From contig JAVBNN010000003.1 of assembly GCA_031551525.1 (NCBI GenBank), forward strand, positions 8,029 to 72,028: a DNA stretch of 64,000 bases. The letters are read 5' to 3'. Origin of the DNA: Acidaminococcales bacterium. GTDB lineage: Bacteria; Bacillota; Negativicutes; Acidaminococcales; JAISLQ01. Shown here in pieces: positions 46,577 through 56,230 of the stretch (position 1 is its first letter; every line of letters starts with the position of its first letter). The position numbers and the translations under genes are program-made. Under the pieces are notes generated by a model that did not search any database, was not told where the DNA came from, and saw nothing but the letters and a program-made list of their open reading frames with translations.

Positions 46577-49026
46577 CACACTACCCCCCTGAAATAATGT
46601 CCGCGCGTTATGCCGCTATATTTTGAGGAAGATACAGCTCGCCCGTCGAGGGCAGCCCGGTAGTCGTCCGTAGCTGTCCTTAGACCGGCTACATCCATAT
46701 AGCGCCCGTCGATCCTTATCCGTTCGACGCCGGCTTTTTGAAAACGCTCCACGCTGTCGAGGAGGCAAAGCTCCTTGGCATTGAGGATATGCATGCGGCA
46801 AAACTGGTCGGTAACTATGGGAAAATGCTCCCCCTTACGGTCCTCCAGAAAATATTTCCCGCTCTGGCAGGCCGCTTCACCCAATAAACTCCCGGGAGCG
46901 CAGTATTCGGATACCATCATTTCCATGCGGCCGTGTACCACACACTCTACCGGCAAAAGATTTTGCGCGGCCAGTTCTTCCACCTGCTGCATGGTCAGTT
47001 CGAGTGATAAAGCGACGCCGTTCGCGCCTTTTTTGCGCCAAAAATCCAGCGACCAGCTGTTAAACGCATTGAGCGGCCAGTCAGCCCGCAAAGGCACATT
47101 CAAACGCCCGGCCAGCTGCCAAACAGACAGGCTGCCCACCAAAAAACCGTCCGGTTTAAGCCCGGCCAGCAAAGAAAGCCGTTCTTGCAGTTCCCTGCTG
47201 CCCGCTTCGCTGACGATGCGCGGCGTGGCGAAATATATTTGTTTACCGAAGTGGCGGGCAATATCAGCCGCTTTGCGGCATTCGTCAATGCTCAGCTCTT
47301 TATGGGAGTAGGTTTCCCCCCCGAAAATAAGTATATCGGCTCCGGCAAGAGCGGCTGCTTCGGCTTTATCCAAGCTGTCCGCATGCACACTCAACAGCGT
47401 ACGCGAAGAGAGCGCGCCGGGTCGTCTACCTATCAACGAAAATGCCTTCCCGCCTTTACTTCGCAGCGGAAAATACTTTACCAGCCGCCGTTCTTTAAGT
47501 TGCTCTATTGCCGCGCGGCGCGCCTCGTTTATCTCGCTAACCGGCGCCATGATATTTTCTGGAAAATCGCAGGAAATATTCACCAGGTAAAAGTCTGTAC
47601 TGCCCAGCCGTTCCACCTGTTTCTGGACACCGCCCACCGTAAGCGGGTGCTTGCGCGCGGCTTCGCAGATAAAAGCCGTTTCCGCTTCGCCTTGATTGCC
47701 TTCGTCATCAGTAAAAACTATTTTCAGCGGCTGGCCGACTTGTGCGCTCACTGTAGCGCTCACCGGTATCAGCCGTTTGTTGCCCGGCCCGAAAAAGCTT
47801 TGCGCTTTCTCCAAAAGGGCAATGTCCGCTATTCTAAATACCCGGTCCCCCGCGCTGGCTCCGGCAGGCAGTTTTATACCCACTACCTGTCCGGCGGCAG
47901 CGCCCGCCACCGGCTGGCCAGCTAAGAATATGCTCTCTGCGGTGACGCCTGCGCGTCCGCCCACACTTACCCATACTTCGAGTCCGTCGCCGGTTGTTAT
48001 ATCTTCTTCCAGTTTAATATAGGCCAGCCCGCGTTCGCAAAAACTTATCCGGCCAATGTAGACGCCGCGGTTGTTCGGGCGGCGGTCGCTCAATATAGTC
48101 CGGCCAGGACGTTCTTTTAGGTAGGCCGTGGTAAAATCACGGTTGAATATCTGGCGCAAATCGCGCAGGGCGTTTTCCGGCAGTTTGAAGTCACCGCCCA
48201 GACAGCTGTCTATGGCCTGTCGGTAGATGGAAGTGACCACCGCTACATATTCCGGGCGTTTCATGCGTCCTTCGATTTTGAAGGAGGTTACTCCCGCTTC
48301 TATAAGTTCCGGTAACATTTCGAGCGTATTAAGATCTTTAGGACTTAAAATATATTTACCGGCACTGCCCTGATCAAGCAGCCCAGCTCCATTTTCGTCA
48401 ACCAGGCTATAAGGCAGCCGACAGGGTTGAGCGCACTGCCCGCGGTTGCCGCTGCGTCCGCCGATCAGGCTGCTCATCAGACACTGCCCGGAGTAGCACA
48501 TACATAGTGCGCCGTGCACAAAAACCTCTATCTCGCTTTTGGCCTGGCGGCAAATATCCTTTATTTCGTCGAGGCTGGCCTCTCGCGCCAAAACGCTCCG
48601 GCTAAAGCCCATTTTCTCCGCAAACGTGACTCCGGCGGCATTGGCCACGGTCATCTGCGTACTGGCAAATAGCGGCAGTTCCGGCACCAGTTCCCGTGCC
48701 AGAGCAGCTATGCCCATATCCTGAACGATGGCGGCGTCCACACCTATGCAAGACAAAAATTGCAGATAGTCAGCCACATCGGGCATTTCACTATCCGCCA
48801 CTAAGGTATTTACTGTCACATATATTTTTACACGGCGCAGGTGGGCAAAGTCGACAGCGCGAGCCAGTTCTTCACGGTCAAAATTATCCGCGTACTGACG
48901 CGCGCCAAACCTGCTTCCACCGAGGTATACTGCGTCAGCACCCGCGTTCACCGCAGCTTCCAGCGCTTGCCACGTACCGGCCGGAGACATGAGTTCTACT
49001 TTATTGTTCATTATTCCCTTTCCCAA
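46576..49026 (-). CDS. U32 family peptidase-like protein, long two-module form
   Basis: 816 aa. ELMSPAGTWQALEAAVNAGADAVYLG... and a second module (DILIFGGE...VALSLELT), with the U32 core E-x-F-x-H-G-A-L-C (EVFVHGALCMCYSGQC). Confidence 0.8.
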   Translation of the reverse strand: MGKGIMNNKVELMSPAGTWQALEAAVNAGADAVYLGGSRFGARQYADNFDREELARAVDFAHLRRVKIYVTVNTLVADSEMPDVADYLQFLSCIGVDAAIVQDMGIAALARELVPELPLFASTQMTVANAAGVTFAEKMGFSRSVLAREASLDEIKDICRQAKSEIEVFVHGALCMCYSGQCLMSSLIGGRSGNRGQCAQPCRLPYSLVDENGAGLLDQGSAGKYILSPKDLNTLEMLPELIEAGVTSFKIEGRMKRPEYVAVVTSIYRQAIDSCLGGDFKLPENALRDLRQIFNRDFTTAYLKERPGRTILSDRRPNNRGVYIGRISFCERGLAYIKLEEDITTGDGLEVWVSVGGRAGVTAESIFLAGQPVAGAAAGQVVGIKLPAGASAGDRVFRIADIALLEKAQSFFGPGNKRLIPVSATVSAQVGQPLKIVFTDDEGNQGEAETAFICEAARKHPLTVGGVQKQVERLGSTDFYLVNISCDFPENIMAPVSEINEARRAAIEQLKERRLVKYFPLRSKGGKAFSLIGRRPGALSSRTLLSVHADSLDKAEAAALAGADILIFGGETYSHKELSIDECRKAADIARHFGKQIYFATPRIVSEAGSRELQERLSLLAGLKPDGFLVGSLSVWQLAGRLNVPLRADWPLNAFNSWSLDFWRKKGANGVALSLELTMQQVEELAAQNLLPVECVVHGRMEMMVSEYCAPGSLLGEAACQSGKYFLEDRKGEHFPIVTDQFCRMHILNAKELCLLDSVERFQKAGVERIRIDGRYMDVAGLRTATDDYRAALDGRAVSSSKYSGITRGHYFRGVV

Positions 49027-49032
49027 AACTTC

Positions 49033-49293
49033 CTAAGCTTTGCTACCCTGCTGCTCTTTTACCGCCGCCAGCAGGTTTTCGTAAGCCGCCTTGCTGGTAT
49101 TAGCTTCGTCCGCCAGTTCCAGCGCCACCAGAACGGCTATCCGCGTACCAGTGAGCGCCGGTTGCATACGGGCTATTTTTTGCATGCGCGCGTCCACCTG
49201 CCCGGCCAGTTTTTCTATACGCTCCTGGGACAGGTCTGATTTTAAGGTGTACTGTTCATTGTAAATATTAACTACTATACGTTGCTTGCTCAT
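49033..49293 (-). CDS. zapA: cell division protein ZapA
   Basis: 86 aa. VVNIYNEQYTLKSDLSQERIEKLAGQVDARMQKIA...IAVLVALELADE. Conserved position downstream of pheT. Confidence 0.85.
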   Translation of the reverse strand: MSKQRIVVNIYNEQYTLKSDLSQERIEKLAGQVDARMQKIARMQPALTGTRIAVLVALELADEANTSKAAYENLLAAVKEQQGSKA

Positions 49294-49383
49294 GGGTCAC
49301 CCTCCCCAAGTATGTCATGTAAATATTTTAACAGTAATTCCTCGTAAAAACAACGAGCCCGGTATTTCTACCGGACCGTTTCT

Positions 49384-51810
49384 TTAACCGCGCAATTTTA
49401 TTTGCAACTTACCTTCCAGGGCGGCGGTTATCCTCGTTACCGCCTGGCCGATTTCCTCATCAGTCAGTGTGCGGTCAGCCGCCTGGAACGAAAGGGCGTA
49501 CGCCATGCTCTTATGACCGGCCTCCACCTGTTTTCCGGTGTAAAGGTCAAAGAGGCGCACCTCACGCAAATGTTTGCCGCCGCTTTCTCTTATCGTTTCT
49601 TCTATCAAACGCTGGCTTATCTCTAGCGGCGCCAGCATTGACAGGTCACGGTATATTTCCGGGTATTTGGGCAGTGCTGTATACTGCGCCAGTTTGCCGT
49701 AGTCGCCGACCAGTGGGGATAGTTTTATTTCCACCAGACAGGCGGCTTTAGAAATATCAAAAGAGGCCGCCACCACTGGGTGTACCTCCCCCACCACACC
49801 CACGGTTTCGCCATTAAATATTATCTGCATGGATTTCCCCTGATGCAGATAGGGGCGCCCGCCTTCGGCGAACTGGTAACCGGTTATATTTATCTTGTCA
49901 AACAGCTCCTCGACCAAACCTTTGGCATCGTAAAAATCCACATCCGCTTTATCCTGGTTCCAGTCATTCGGCCAACGGCGCCCGGTAAGCGCAGCCACCA
50001 GGCAAACTTCTTCCGTCGGAAAAGATGATAGCGGCAGGCTGTCTGCCCGATAGGTGCGCCCGATTTCGAAAATGGCAGTATCTTCGTTGCGGTGCGCCAG
50101 GTTATACTGCATGGCACCTAAAACGCTCGGCACAAGTGTAGTACGCATCACGCCAAATTCATCGGTTATCGGGTTGAGTACGGGAATAGGGGCTAAAAGC
50201 GCATCTTCTTCCGGTAGGTTGAGTTTTTTCAGTTGCGACTGATGGGTAAAGCTATAGCCGATTATCTCATTGAGACCGGCCGCACATAGAAAATCTCCGG
50301 TTTTATCAATAAGGGTAGCCAGTTTGCTTTGGCTGCCCTGCATGACCGCACCGTCCGGCAAAGTGCTGGGGAGAAAGTCGTAACCGTTTATGCGAGCTAT
50401 CTCTTCGCTGATATCAGCCGCGATAAGCACGTCGTTGCGCCAGGAGGGCACTTTTGCCTGTAGGGCACCTTCTTTTTCAGCTACGCTAAAGCCAAGCCCT
50501 TCCAATATTGCTACCATGCGCCCGGCAGACAGTGCTGTACCGAGTCTATGGTTTATGCCGTCCACTGTAGCAGAGATGGTTTGGGGAGCCCGTAAAAGCG
50601 GATAATTATCGGTGTGCACCGGACAGGCTCTGGCCGCGCCCAGTTCTTCCAGAAGGGCAGCCGCCCGGTCGAGCGCCCAGGGTATATTTTCCCGGTCTAT
50701 GCCGTGTTCGAAGCGGTTGGAGGCTTCACTGCGCAGGCCGACAGCGCGGCTGGCCTTGCGGATGGCAACCGGTTCAAAACAGGCGGCTTCTAAAAGAACC
50801 GCTTGCGTCTGGCCTGATATTTCCGTCTGAAGGCCGCCCATAACGCCGCCCAGGCCGATGGCCTTTTCTCCGTCGGCGATGACTATCATACCGCCCGAAA
50901 GTTTTCGTTCATTGCCGTCGAGGGTAACCAATGTTTCGCCGATTATCGCCGGACGGGCCTCGATAACGCCGCCGACCAGCGTGTCTTTGTCGTAGGCGTG
51001 CATTGGTTGTCCTGCTTCGAGCATCACATAGTTGGTTACGTCGACCACATTGTTCAGGGGGCGCATGTCAGAAAGACGCAGCCTGTTTTGCAGCCAGAGC
51101 GGCGAAGGCTGTATTTTTATATCGGTAAGTACCCGTCCGACAAAACGCTGACACAAGCTGCTGTCCGCAATTTTTATATCGAATGGTTTTGTGTCTGAAC
51201 CTTCCGCCTTGAGTTTCACTTCCGGCAGTTTCAGTTTTCCGCCAGTCACGGCCGCTACTTCGCGCGCGAGGCCAATAACGTTCAAGCAATCGCCCCGGTT
51301 TGCAGTGAGTTCAAATTCGAACACCACGTCGTCGAGGCCAAGTATCTTCCTGATATCTACGCCAAGCGGCGTATCAGGTGGTAGTATCATAATGCCGTCG
51401 CGTTCTCCCGGCTGCAAAAGCTTGTCCGGGATCGCCAGTTCACTGGCGGAACAAAGCATGCCGGCCGAGTCGATGCCACGCAATTTTGCTTTTTTCATCT
51501 TGCGTCCGTCCGGCAGTATCGAACCCACCTGCGCCACCGGTACTACCGCGCCCTCTGTTACGTTGTCAGCGCCGGTCACGATCTGCAGTTTTTCACCATT
51601 ATTTATATCCAACTGGCAGACCCACAGTTTGTCTGCCTCCGGGTGGCGACGGATCTCCGCTACCCGCCCTGTTACCACATTTTCTATCCCTTTGCCCGGA
51701 TACTCGAGGTACTCCACCGGTATGCCCGCGCGGGTGAGTTTTTCCGCCAACACTTCCGGGGCCTCGGTTATTTCAACATATTCTTTCAACCAATTAAACG
51801 ATACCTTCAT
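49384..51810 (-). CDS. pheT: phenylalanine--tRNA ligase beta subunit
   Basis: 808 aa. MKVSFNWLKEYV, tRNA-binding, B3/4, B5 and FDX-ACB domain order. Confidence 0.95.
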   Translation of the reverse strand: MKVSFNWLKEYVEITEAPEVLAEKLTRAGIPVEYLEYPGKGIENVVTGRVAEIRRHPEADKLWVCQLDINNGEKLQIVTGADNVTEGAVVPVAQVGSILPDGRKMKKAKLRGIDSAGMLCSASELAIPDKLLQPGERDGIMILPPDTPLGVDIRKILGLDDVVFEFELTANRGDCLNVIGLAREVAAVTGGKLKLPEVKLKAEGSDTKPFDIKIADSSLCQRFVGRVLTDIKIQPSPLWLQNRLRLSDMRPLNNVVDVTNYVMLEAGQPMHAYDKDTLVGGVIEARPAIIGETLVTLDGNERKLSGGMIVIADGEKAIGLGGVMGGLQTEISGQTQAVLLEAACFEPVAIRKASRAVGLRSEASNRFEHGIDRENIPWALDRAAALLEELGAARACPVHTDNYPLLRAPQTISATVDGINHRLGTALSAGRMVAILEGLGFSVAEKEGALQAKVPSWRNDVLIAADISEEIARINGYDFLPSTLPDGAVMQGSQSKLATLIDKTGDFLCAAGLNEIIGYSFTHQSQLKKLNLPEEDALLAPIPVLNPITDEFGVMRTTLVPSVLGAMQYNLAHRNEDTAIFEIGRTYRADSLPLSSFPTEEVCLVAALTGRRWPNDWNQDKADVDFYDAKGLVEELFDKINITGYQFAEGGRPYLHQGKSMQIIFNGETVGVVGEVHPVVAASFDISKAACLVEIKLSPLVGDYGKLAQYTALPKYPEIYRDLSMLAPLEISQRLIEETIRESGGKHLREVRLFDLYTGKQVEAGHKSMAYALSFQAADRTLTDEEIGQAVTRITAALEGKLQIKLRG

Positions 51811-51822
51811 AGCCTGCTCCTC

Positions 51823-52848
51823 CTAGTTAAACTGGCGGACAAACCGCAGATTGTTTTCAAAAAATAATCGCAGGTCGTCTATGCCGTAAGACAGCATAGC
51901 GATACGCTCTACGCCCATGCCAAAAGCAAACCCACTGACTTTTTCCGGGTCGTACCCGCTCATGGAAAGTACATTGGGATGTACCATGCCGGAGCCGAGT
52001 ATCTCCAGCCAGCCGGAGTTCTTACATACCCGGCAGCCCTTTTGCCCGCACATGACGCAGGAAATATCCACTTCCGCGCTAGGTTCGGTGAAGGGAAAGA
52101 AGCTGGGGCGCAAACGCACTTTTACAGATGAACCGAACATTTCTTTGGTGAACAGCTCGAGCGTGCCTTTAAGGTCGGACAGGCCTATGCTTTTGTCGAC
52201 AACCAGTCCCTCCACCTGATGAAACATCGGCGAATGGGTGGCGTCGTAGTCCCGGCGGTAAACTTTGCCCGGCGCGATCATGCGGATAGGGGTATTGGGC
52301 GGGTTTGAGCGCATAACGCGAGCCTGCACCGGCGAGGTGTGGGTACGCAACAGGTAATCTTCCGTTATATAAAAAGTGTCCTGCATATCCCGCGCCGGAT
52401 GGTTTTTCGGCAGGTTCAGCAGTTCAAAATTGTAATAGTCCTTTTCTATCTCCGGCCCGTCGCATATTTCAAAACCCATACGCATAAAAATATCCTTCAT
52501 GCGGCGCATAGTGAGGGTGACCGGATGCAGGCGGCCCTGCGGACGGCGGCGCCCGGGCAGAGTAATGTCTATTTTTTCCGAGGCCAGCCGGCTTTGCATT
52601 TCTTTTTCCGCCAGTTCGGCTTCTTTGGCGGAAAATACCACTTCGAGTTGTTGGCGTACGTCATTGACGATCTGTCCCATGCGCGGGCGTTCTTCAGGCG
52701 ATAATGCGCCCATACCGCGCAAAGCTGCAGAAAGGGTGCCTTTCTTTCCCAAATATTTTACTTTCAGTTCATTGAGTTCCGCCAAACCGGCGCAGGCGGA
52801 AAAGGCAGCAACCGCCTCTTCGTGCAATAATGCCAGTTGTTTTTCCAT
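51823..52848 (-). CDS. pheS: phenylalanine--tRNA ligase alpha subunit
   Basis: 341 aa. HPVT, class II aaRS motifs ([25 protein letters not shown]). Confidence 0.95.
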   Translation of the reverse strand: MEKQLALLHEEAVAAFSACAGLAELNELKVKYLGKKGTLSAALRGMGALSPEERPRMGQIVNDVRQQLEVVFSAKEAELAEKEMQSRLASEKIDITLPGRRRPQGRLHPVTLTMRRMKDIFMRMGFEICDGPEIEKDYYNFELLNLPKNHPARDMQDTFYITEDYLLRTHTSPVQARVMRSNPPNTPIRMIAPGKVYRRDYDATHSPMFHQVEGLVVDKSIGLSDLKGTLELFTKEMFGSSVKVRLRPSFFPFTEPSAEVDISCVMCGQKGCRVCKNSGWLEILGSGMVHPNVLSMSGYDPEKVSGFAFGMGVERIAMLSYGIDDLRLFFENNLRFVRQFN

Positions 52849-52904
52849 CTGTAACAGCTCCTTTTACCTTGGTAGTTTATAGTGTCCGTCATTCTGCCAG
52901 GGCA

Positions 52905-53150
52905 TAAACAAAATAAAAAACCCTCCGCCCTCAAGGGGCGAAAGGATATGCTTCCGCGGTACCACCCTACTTTGTACTCCAGTTCCTTAACGCGGAAAAA
53001 CGTTTCCGCCTACTAAAAGGTTCAGCGGAAAAACTCAAAAGTGAACTTCACCGACAACTGCCGAAACCCCTCTCAGTCTGGGAGGCTCTTCCTGTACAGC
53101 TTCATGCCGGGTACTCTCTTTGTCATAGCCTTTTAAGATATGTGGTTAGT
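52905..53150 (-). promoter_or_regulatory. T-box riboswitch leader, Phe-specific (UUC specifier)
   Basis: On the minus strand: stem I with AGAGAG (rc of 53114-53119). Specifier loop GGUGAAG-UUC-AC (UUC = rc of 53043-53045, followed by a purine). T-box sequence AGUAGGGUGGUACCGCGG (rc of 52954-52971). Terminator CCUUUCGCCCC-UUGA-GGGCGGAGGG + U6AU4 (52911-52945). It lies directly upstream of pheS. Confidence 0.88.
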
Positions 53151-53291
53151 TACAGGTAATTTTTCTGTACAAAACATAGATTACTACCGAACCGGTGGCT
53201 TCAAACAGCCGCCAGAGAAAATCGGGGGTCAACAACATGGGGACCACACCTTTCCTTGCGGGGATGCTATGTTTTATTACTATATAAATTG

Positions 53292-53320
53292 ATTATACAC
53301 AAATATTCTGCTTCTGGCAA
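53292..53320 (-). promoter_or_regulatory. sigma-70 promoter (TTGCCA-17-TATAAT) upstream of the pheST leader
   Basis: On the minus strand, TTGCCA (53320-53315), a 17-nt spacer, then TATAAT (53297-53292). It starts 3 nt after the upstream methyltransferase stop. Confidence 0.6.
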
Positions 53321-53322
53321 TA

Positions 53323-54117
53323 TCAGTCAACCAATGAAGCCTGGTACATTATTATAGCGGCCGCTATAGCGACATTTAGTGATTCAGCCCGGCCCGCCAT
53401 GTGTATACTTCTCTCTGCATCCGCTGTTTTGTGGAAAAAGGCTGAAGGGCCATGTGCCTCACTGCCCATAACCACAGCCGTCCGGCCAAAAAAATCCGAC
53501 CGGGAAAAATTTTTCCCGGACATATTACTTACATAGAGGCAAAAACCTCTTTCTTTCAACCATACGGCTATTTCCCGTTCGCCACAGCCTAAAACGACCG
53601 GCAAATGAAACAGTGAACCCATTGTGGAACGCAGAGTTTTCGGCGAATACAGGTCGGCGCAGCCTTCGCTGAGCAGCACGGCTCCCACGCCTAAAGCGTC
53701 TGCCGTGCGTATGATCGTGCCAAGGTTGCCCGGGTCGGCTACGCGGTCAAGCACTAAAAATAACGTTTTTTCCGGCACATTTATACTGTCTAGTTGAAAA
53801 TCAACTTTACGCGCCACCGCCACTATCGGTTGCGGGGTGTGAGCGTCTGATATTTTGCAAATGACAGCATCATTGGCAGACCAAAAGGCTATACCTTGAT
53901 CTTGCGCCAGCCTCTGAAAAAATAAAAACTCTTCTTCGCCGAGCGCCTCACGTGACGCAAATATTTTGACAAGCGGCCAGTTGCTAACCGAAGCTTCTTT
54001 GATCATTTTGGCGCCTTCCAGCAAAAATGAAGCGCTGCGTTCGCGAAATTTTTTTTCTTTTAATTCCGCCGCCGCTTTTACTGCCGGGTTTTGCAGGCTG
54101 GTGAGCAGTTCATTCAT
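53323..54117 (-). CDS. TrmH/SpoU family RNA 2'-O-methyltransferase (YsgA-like)
   Basis: 264 aa. N-terminal L30e-like substrate-binding part, SPOUT motifs LDRVADPGNLGTIIRTA, VMGSEAHG, SLNVAIAAAI. Position upstream of pheS, as for Bacillus ysgA. Confidence 0.85.
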   Translation of the reverse strand: MNELLTSLQNPAVKAAAELKEKKFRERSASFLLEGAKMIKEASVSNWPLVKIFASREALGEEEFLFFQRLAQDQGIAFWSANDAVICKISDAHTPQPIVAVARKVDFQLDSINVPEKTLFLVLDRVADPGNLGTIIRTADALGVGAVLLSEGCADLYSPKTLRSTMGSLFHLPVVLGCGEREIAVWLKERGFCLYVSNMSGKNFSRSDFFGRTAVVMGSEAHGPSAFFHKTADAERSIHMAGRAESLNVAIAAAIIMYQASLVD

Positions 54118-54773
54118 GTTGCCTTCTCCAGTTCCCTTATGCCGCTACTTTTGCCCGCCACTACCAGTACGTCATCTTTTTCGAATACCCTGGTAGGCGG
54201 AGGTGTGACCATGATATCCATCTTGTTTCTTATGGCCACTACTGTCAGTTCATAATTTTCCCGGATGCCGCTGTCCATAAGTTTTTTACCTATCATGTTG
54301 TCCGGCACCGATAGCTCTACTATGCCAAAATTGGGCGACAGTTCGATAAAATCCAGTATATTGCTCGATACCAGGCTGTGCGCCATCCTTTTTCCCATAT
54401 CATGTTCAGGATACACTACCTTGTCCGCGCCGATCTTCTCAAGCATCCTGCCGTGGCGCATATCGAGCGCTTTGGCTACTATGTGTTTGACGCCCAGTTC
54501 TTTCAGGATAAGTACGGTCAAAAGATTGGCCTGGAGATCATCTCTGCCGATGGCTACTACTACTACATCAAAGTTTCTGATGCCGATGGCCTTGAGATTT
54601 TCCTCATCGGTAGTATCAGCCGCCACCACGTGGGTAAGCTCATGGCTGTGCGTCTGTATAAGTTCTTCGTCTATATCTACGCCCAGTACTTCCTGCCCCA
54701 AAGCACAAAGAGTATTGGCCAGGCTTAAACCAAACCGGCCCAGTCCCAGTACAGCATATTGTTTTTTGGCCAT
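54114..54773 (-). CDS. trkA: Trk/Ktr potassium uptake system, RCK (NAD-binding) subunit
   Basis: 219 aa. AVLGLGRFGLSLA Rossmann GxGxxG, RCK_C domain. 4-nt overlap with the downstream gene. Confidence 0.9.
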   Translation of the reverse strand: MAKKQYAVLGLGRFGLSLANTLCALGQEVLGVDIDEELIQTHSHELTHVVAADTTDEENLKAIGIRNFDVVVVAIGRDDLQANLLTVLILKELGVKHIVAKALDMRHGRMLEKIGADKVVYPEHDMGKRMAHSLVSSNILDFIELSPNFGIVELSVPDNMIGKKLMDSGIRENYELTVVAIRNKMDIMVTPPPTRVFEKDDVLVVAGKSSGIRELEKAT

Positions 54774-54784
54774 TCTCCACCCTC

Positions 54785-56128
54785 CTAGCCTATATTGATG
54801 TTTTCATCCGGATAACGTACCTGCCCGCCGTGCGTTTCTTTTAGTGCCAAAGCCAGTGCCAGGGTGAGCGGCCCTACCCGCCCGGCAAACATGATGGCTA
54901 CCAGGATAGCCTTCCCCGCGCCGGTCAAGTGGCTTGTGATGCCGCAAGACAGGCCGACTGTACCAAAGGCGGAAGTCACTTCAAACAGTAGCGGTAAAAA
55001 TAGCTGTGTTTCCGTCACGGTAAGCGCCAGCAGGCCAAAAACGACCAGAGCGCCGGAAATGACTATGATGGCAAACGCCTTGGTATATATCTTTTCTCCG
55101 ATCCGCCGACCAAACATCACTGGTTCGGCTTTGCCGCGGATTATCGACCAGGTGGCCAGAGCCGCGACGGCAAAAGTTGTGGTTTTTATGCCGCCGCCTG
55201 TAGACGTAGGCGATGCGCCGATGAACATCAGGATAACCGTAAGAAACAGTGTTTCATCTGTAAGGCTTGCCATATCGATAGAGTTGAACCCGGCCGTCCT
55301 CGCCGTTACCGAGTGAAAGTAGCCGGCCAAAAGTTTGCCGGTAAAATCCAGTTTGCCCAAAGTTGCAGGATTTCCGTTTTCAAAAGCGTAAACGCCCGAC
55401 ATTCCCGCGCTAATAAGCAAAAACGTAGTGACAAGCACTATCTTGCTGTGCAGGGAAAGCTTAGCAAAACGGCGGGCCTGCCATACATCAACCATCACGG
55501 TAAACCCCAGTCCGCCCATTATAATCAGGCTGGTAATGACAATGTTTACCGTCCAGTCGCTTACATAGCCGGTGATGCTCTGATAGTTACCCAGCAAATC
55601 AAAGCCGGCGTTGCAAAACGCGGAAACCGCGTGCCAGTAGCCAAAGTAAACACCCTGCCAGCCGTAGTCGGCAAAAAAGCGTACCGCCAGGATACTGCCG
55701 CCGATAAATTCTATAAGCAAGGTGATTTTTACCACCGCCAAAGTCAGGCGCGCCACACCGGAAATACCATCCTGGTTGAAGGCATCCCGCATCACCATGC
55801 GGTCGCGGAGGTTGATCCTTCTGCCAAGTATGATGACCATCAGGGCCGCCAGCGTCATAAGACCAACACCGCCGCACTGAATGAGAAAAATAATGACCAA
55901 TTGCCCGAACAGGGAAAAGTATGTGCCGGTATCTACAACAACCAAACCGGTCACACAAACCGCCGAGGTGGCGGTGAAAAGAGCGTCGATAAAGGACAGG
56001 CTTTCCCCTTTGGCGCTGGCTGCCGGCAGCATGAGTAAAAATGTGCCCAATAAAATAAGACCGGCAAAACCTATAGCAACTGTTTGATAGGTGGAAAAAA
56101 GCTGCCTGTTTTTCAGGGTATCCGCCAT
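54785..56128 (-). CDS. trkH: Trk/Ktr potassium uptake system, membrane subunit
   Basis: Start set to ATG 56128 (MADTLKNRQLF); the track start is an upstream TTG at 56149. Repeated selectivity-filter-like segments (TATSAVCVTGL, CNAGFD, TARTAGFN, SPTSTGGGIKTTT). Confidence 0.9.
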   Translation of the reverse strand: MADTLKNRQLFSTYQTVAIGFAGLILLGTFLLMLPAASAKGESLSFIDALFTATSAVCVTGLVVVDTGTYFSLFGQLVIIFLIQCGGVGLMTLAALMVIILGRRINLRDRMVMRDAFNQDGISGVARLTLAVVKITLLIEFIGGSILAVRFFADYGWQGVYFGYWHAVSAFCNAGFDLLGNYQSITGYVSDWTVNIVITSLIIMGGLGFTVMVDVWQARRFAKLSLHSKIVLVTTFLLISAGMSGVYAFENGNPATLGKLDFTGKLLAGYFHSVTARTAGFNSIDMASLTDETLFLTVILMFIGASPTSTGGGIKTTTFAVAALATWSIIRGKAEPVMFGRRIGEKIYTKAFAIIVISGALVVFGLLALTVTETQLFLPLLFEVTSAFGTVGLSCGITSHLTGAGKAILVAIMFAGRVGPLTLALALALKETHGGQVRYPDENINIG

Positions 56129-56147
56129 AAATGCACCGCCCCGCAAC

Positions 56148-56179
56148 AAAAAAATAGAGCCGCCCTGAGACAGCTCTAT
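56148..56179 (-). terminator. weak hairpin + U-tract after the beta-barrel gene
   Basis: On the minus strand AUAGAGC-N12-GCUCUAU followed by U7. Its 5' arm overlaps an extended -10 element TGCTATAAT (56186-56178) that could serve trkH. Confidence 0.4.
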
Positions 56180-56230
56180 TATAGCATTTTATTGTTTTCT
56201 TGCGCATATTTTTTATCTAAAATACTATTG

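Noticed and set aside
55599-56207. 202-aa minus-strand alternative-frame ORF within trkH
   Set aside because: It is out of frame with a well-supported membrane subunit gene, and its Arg/Gly/Cys-rich product is typical of an off-frame artefact.
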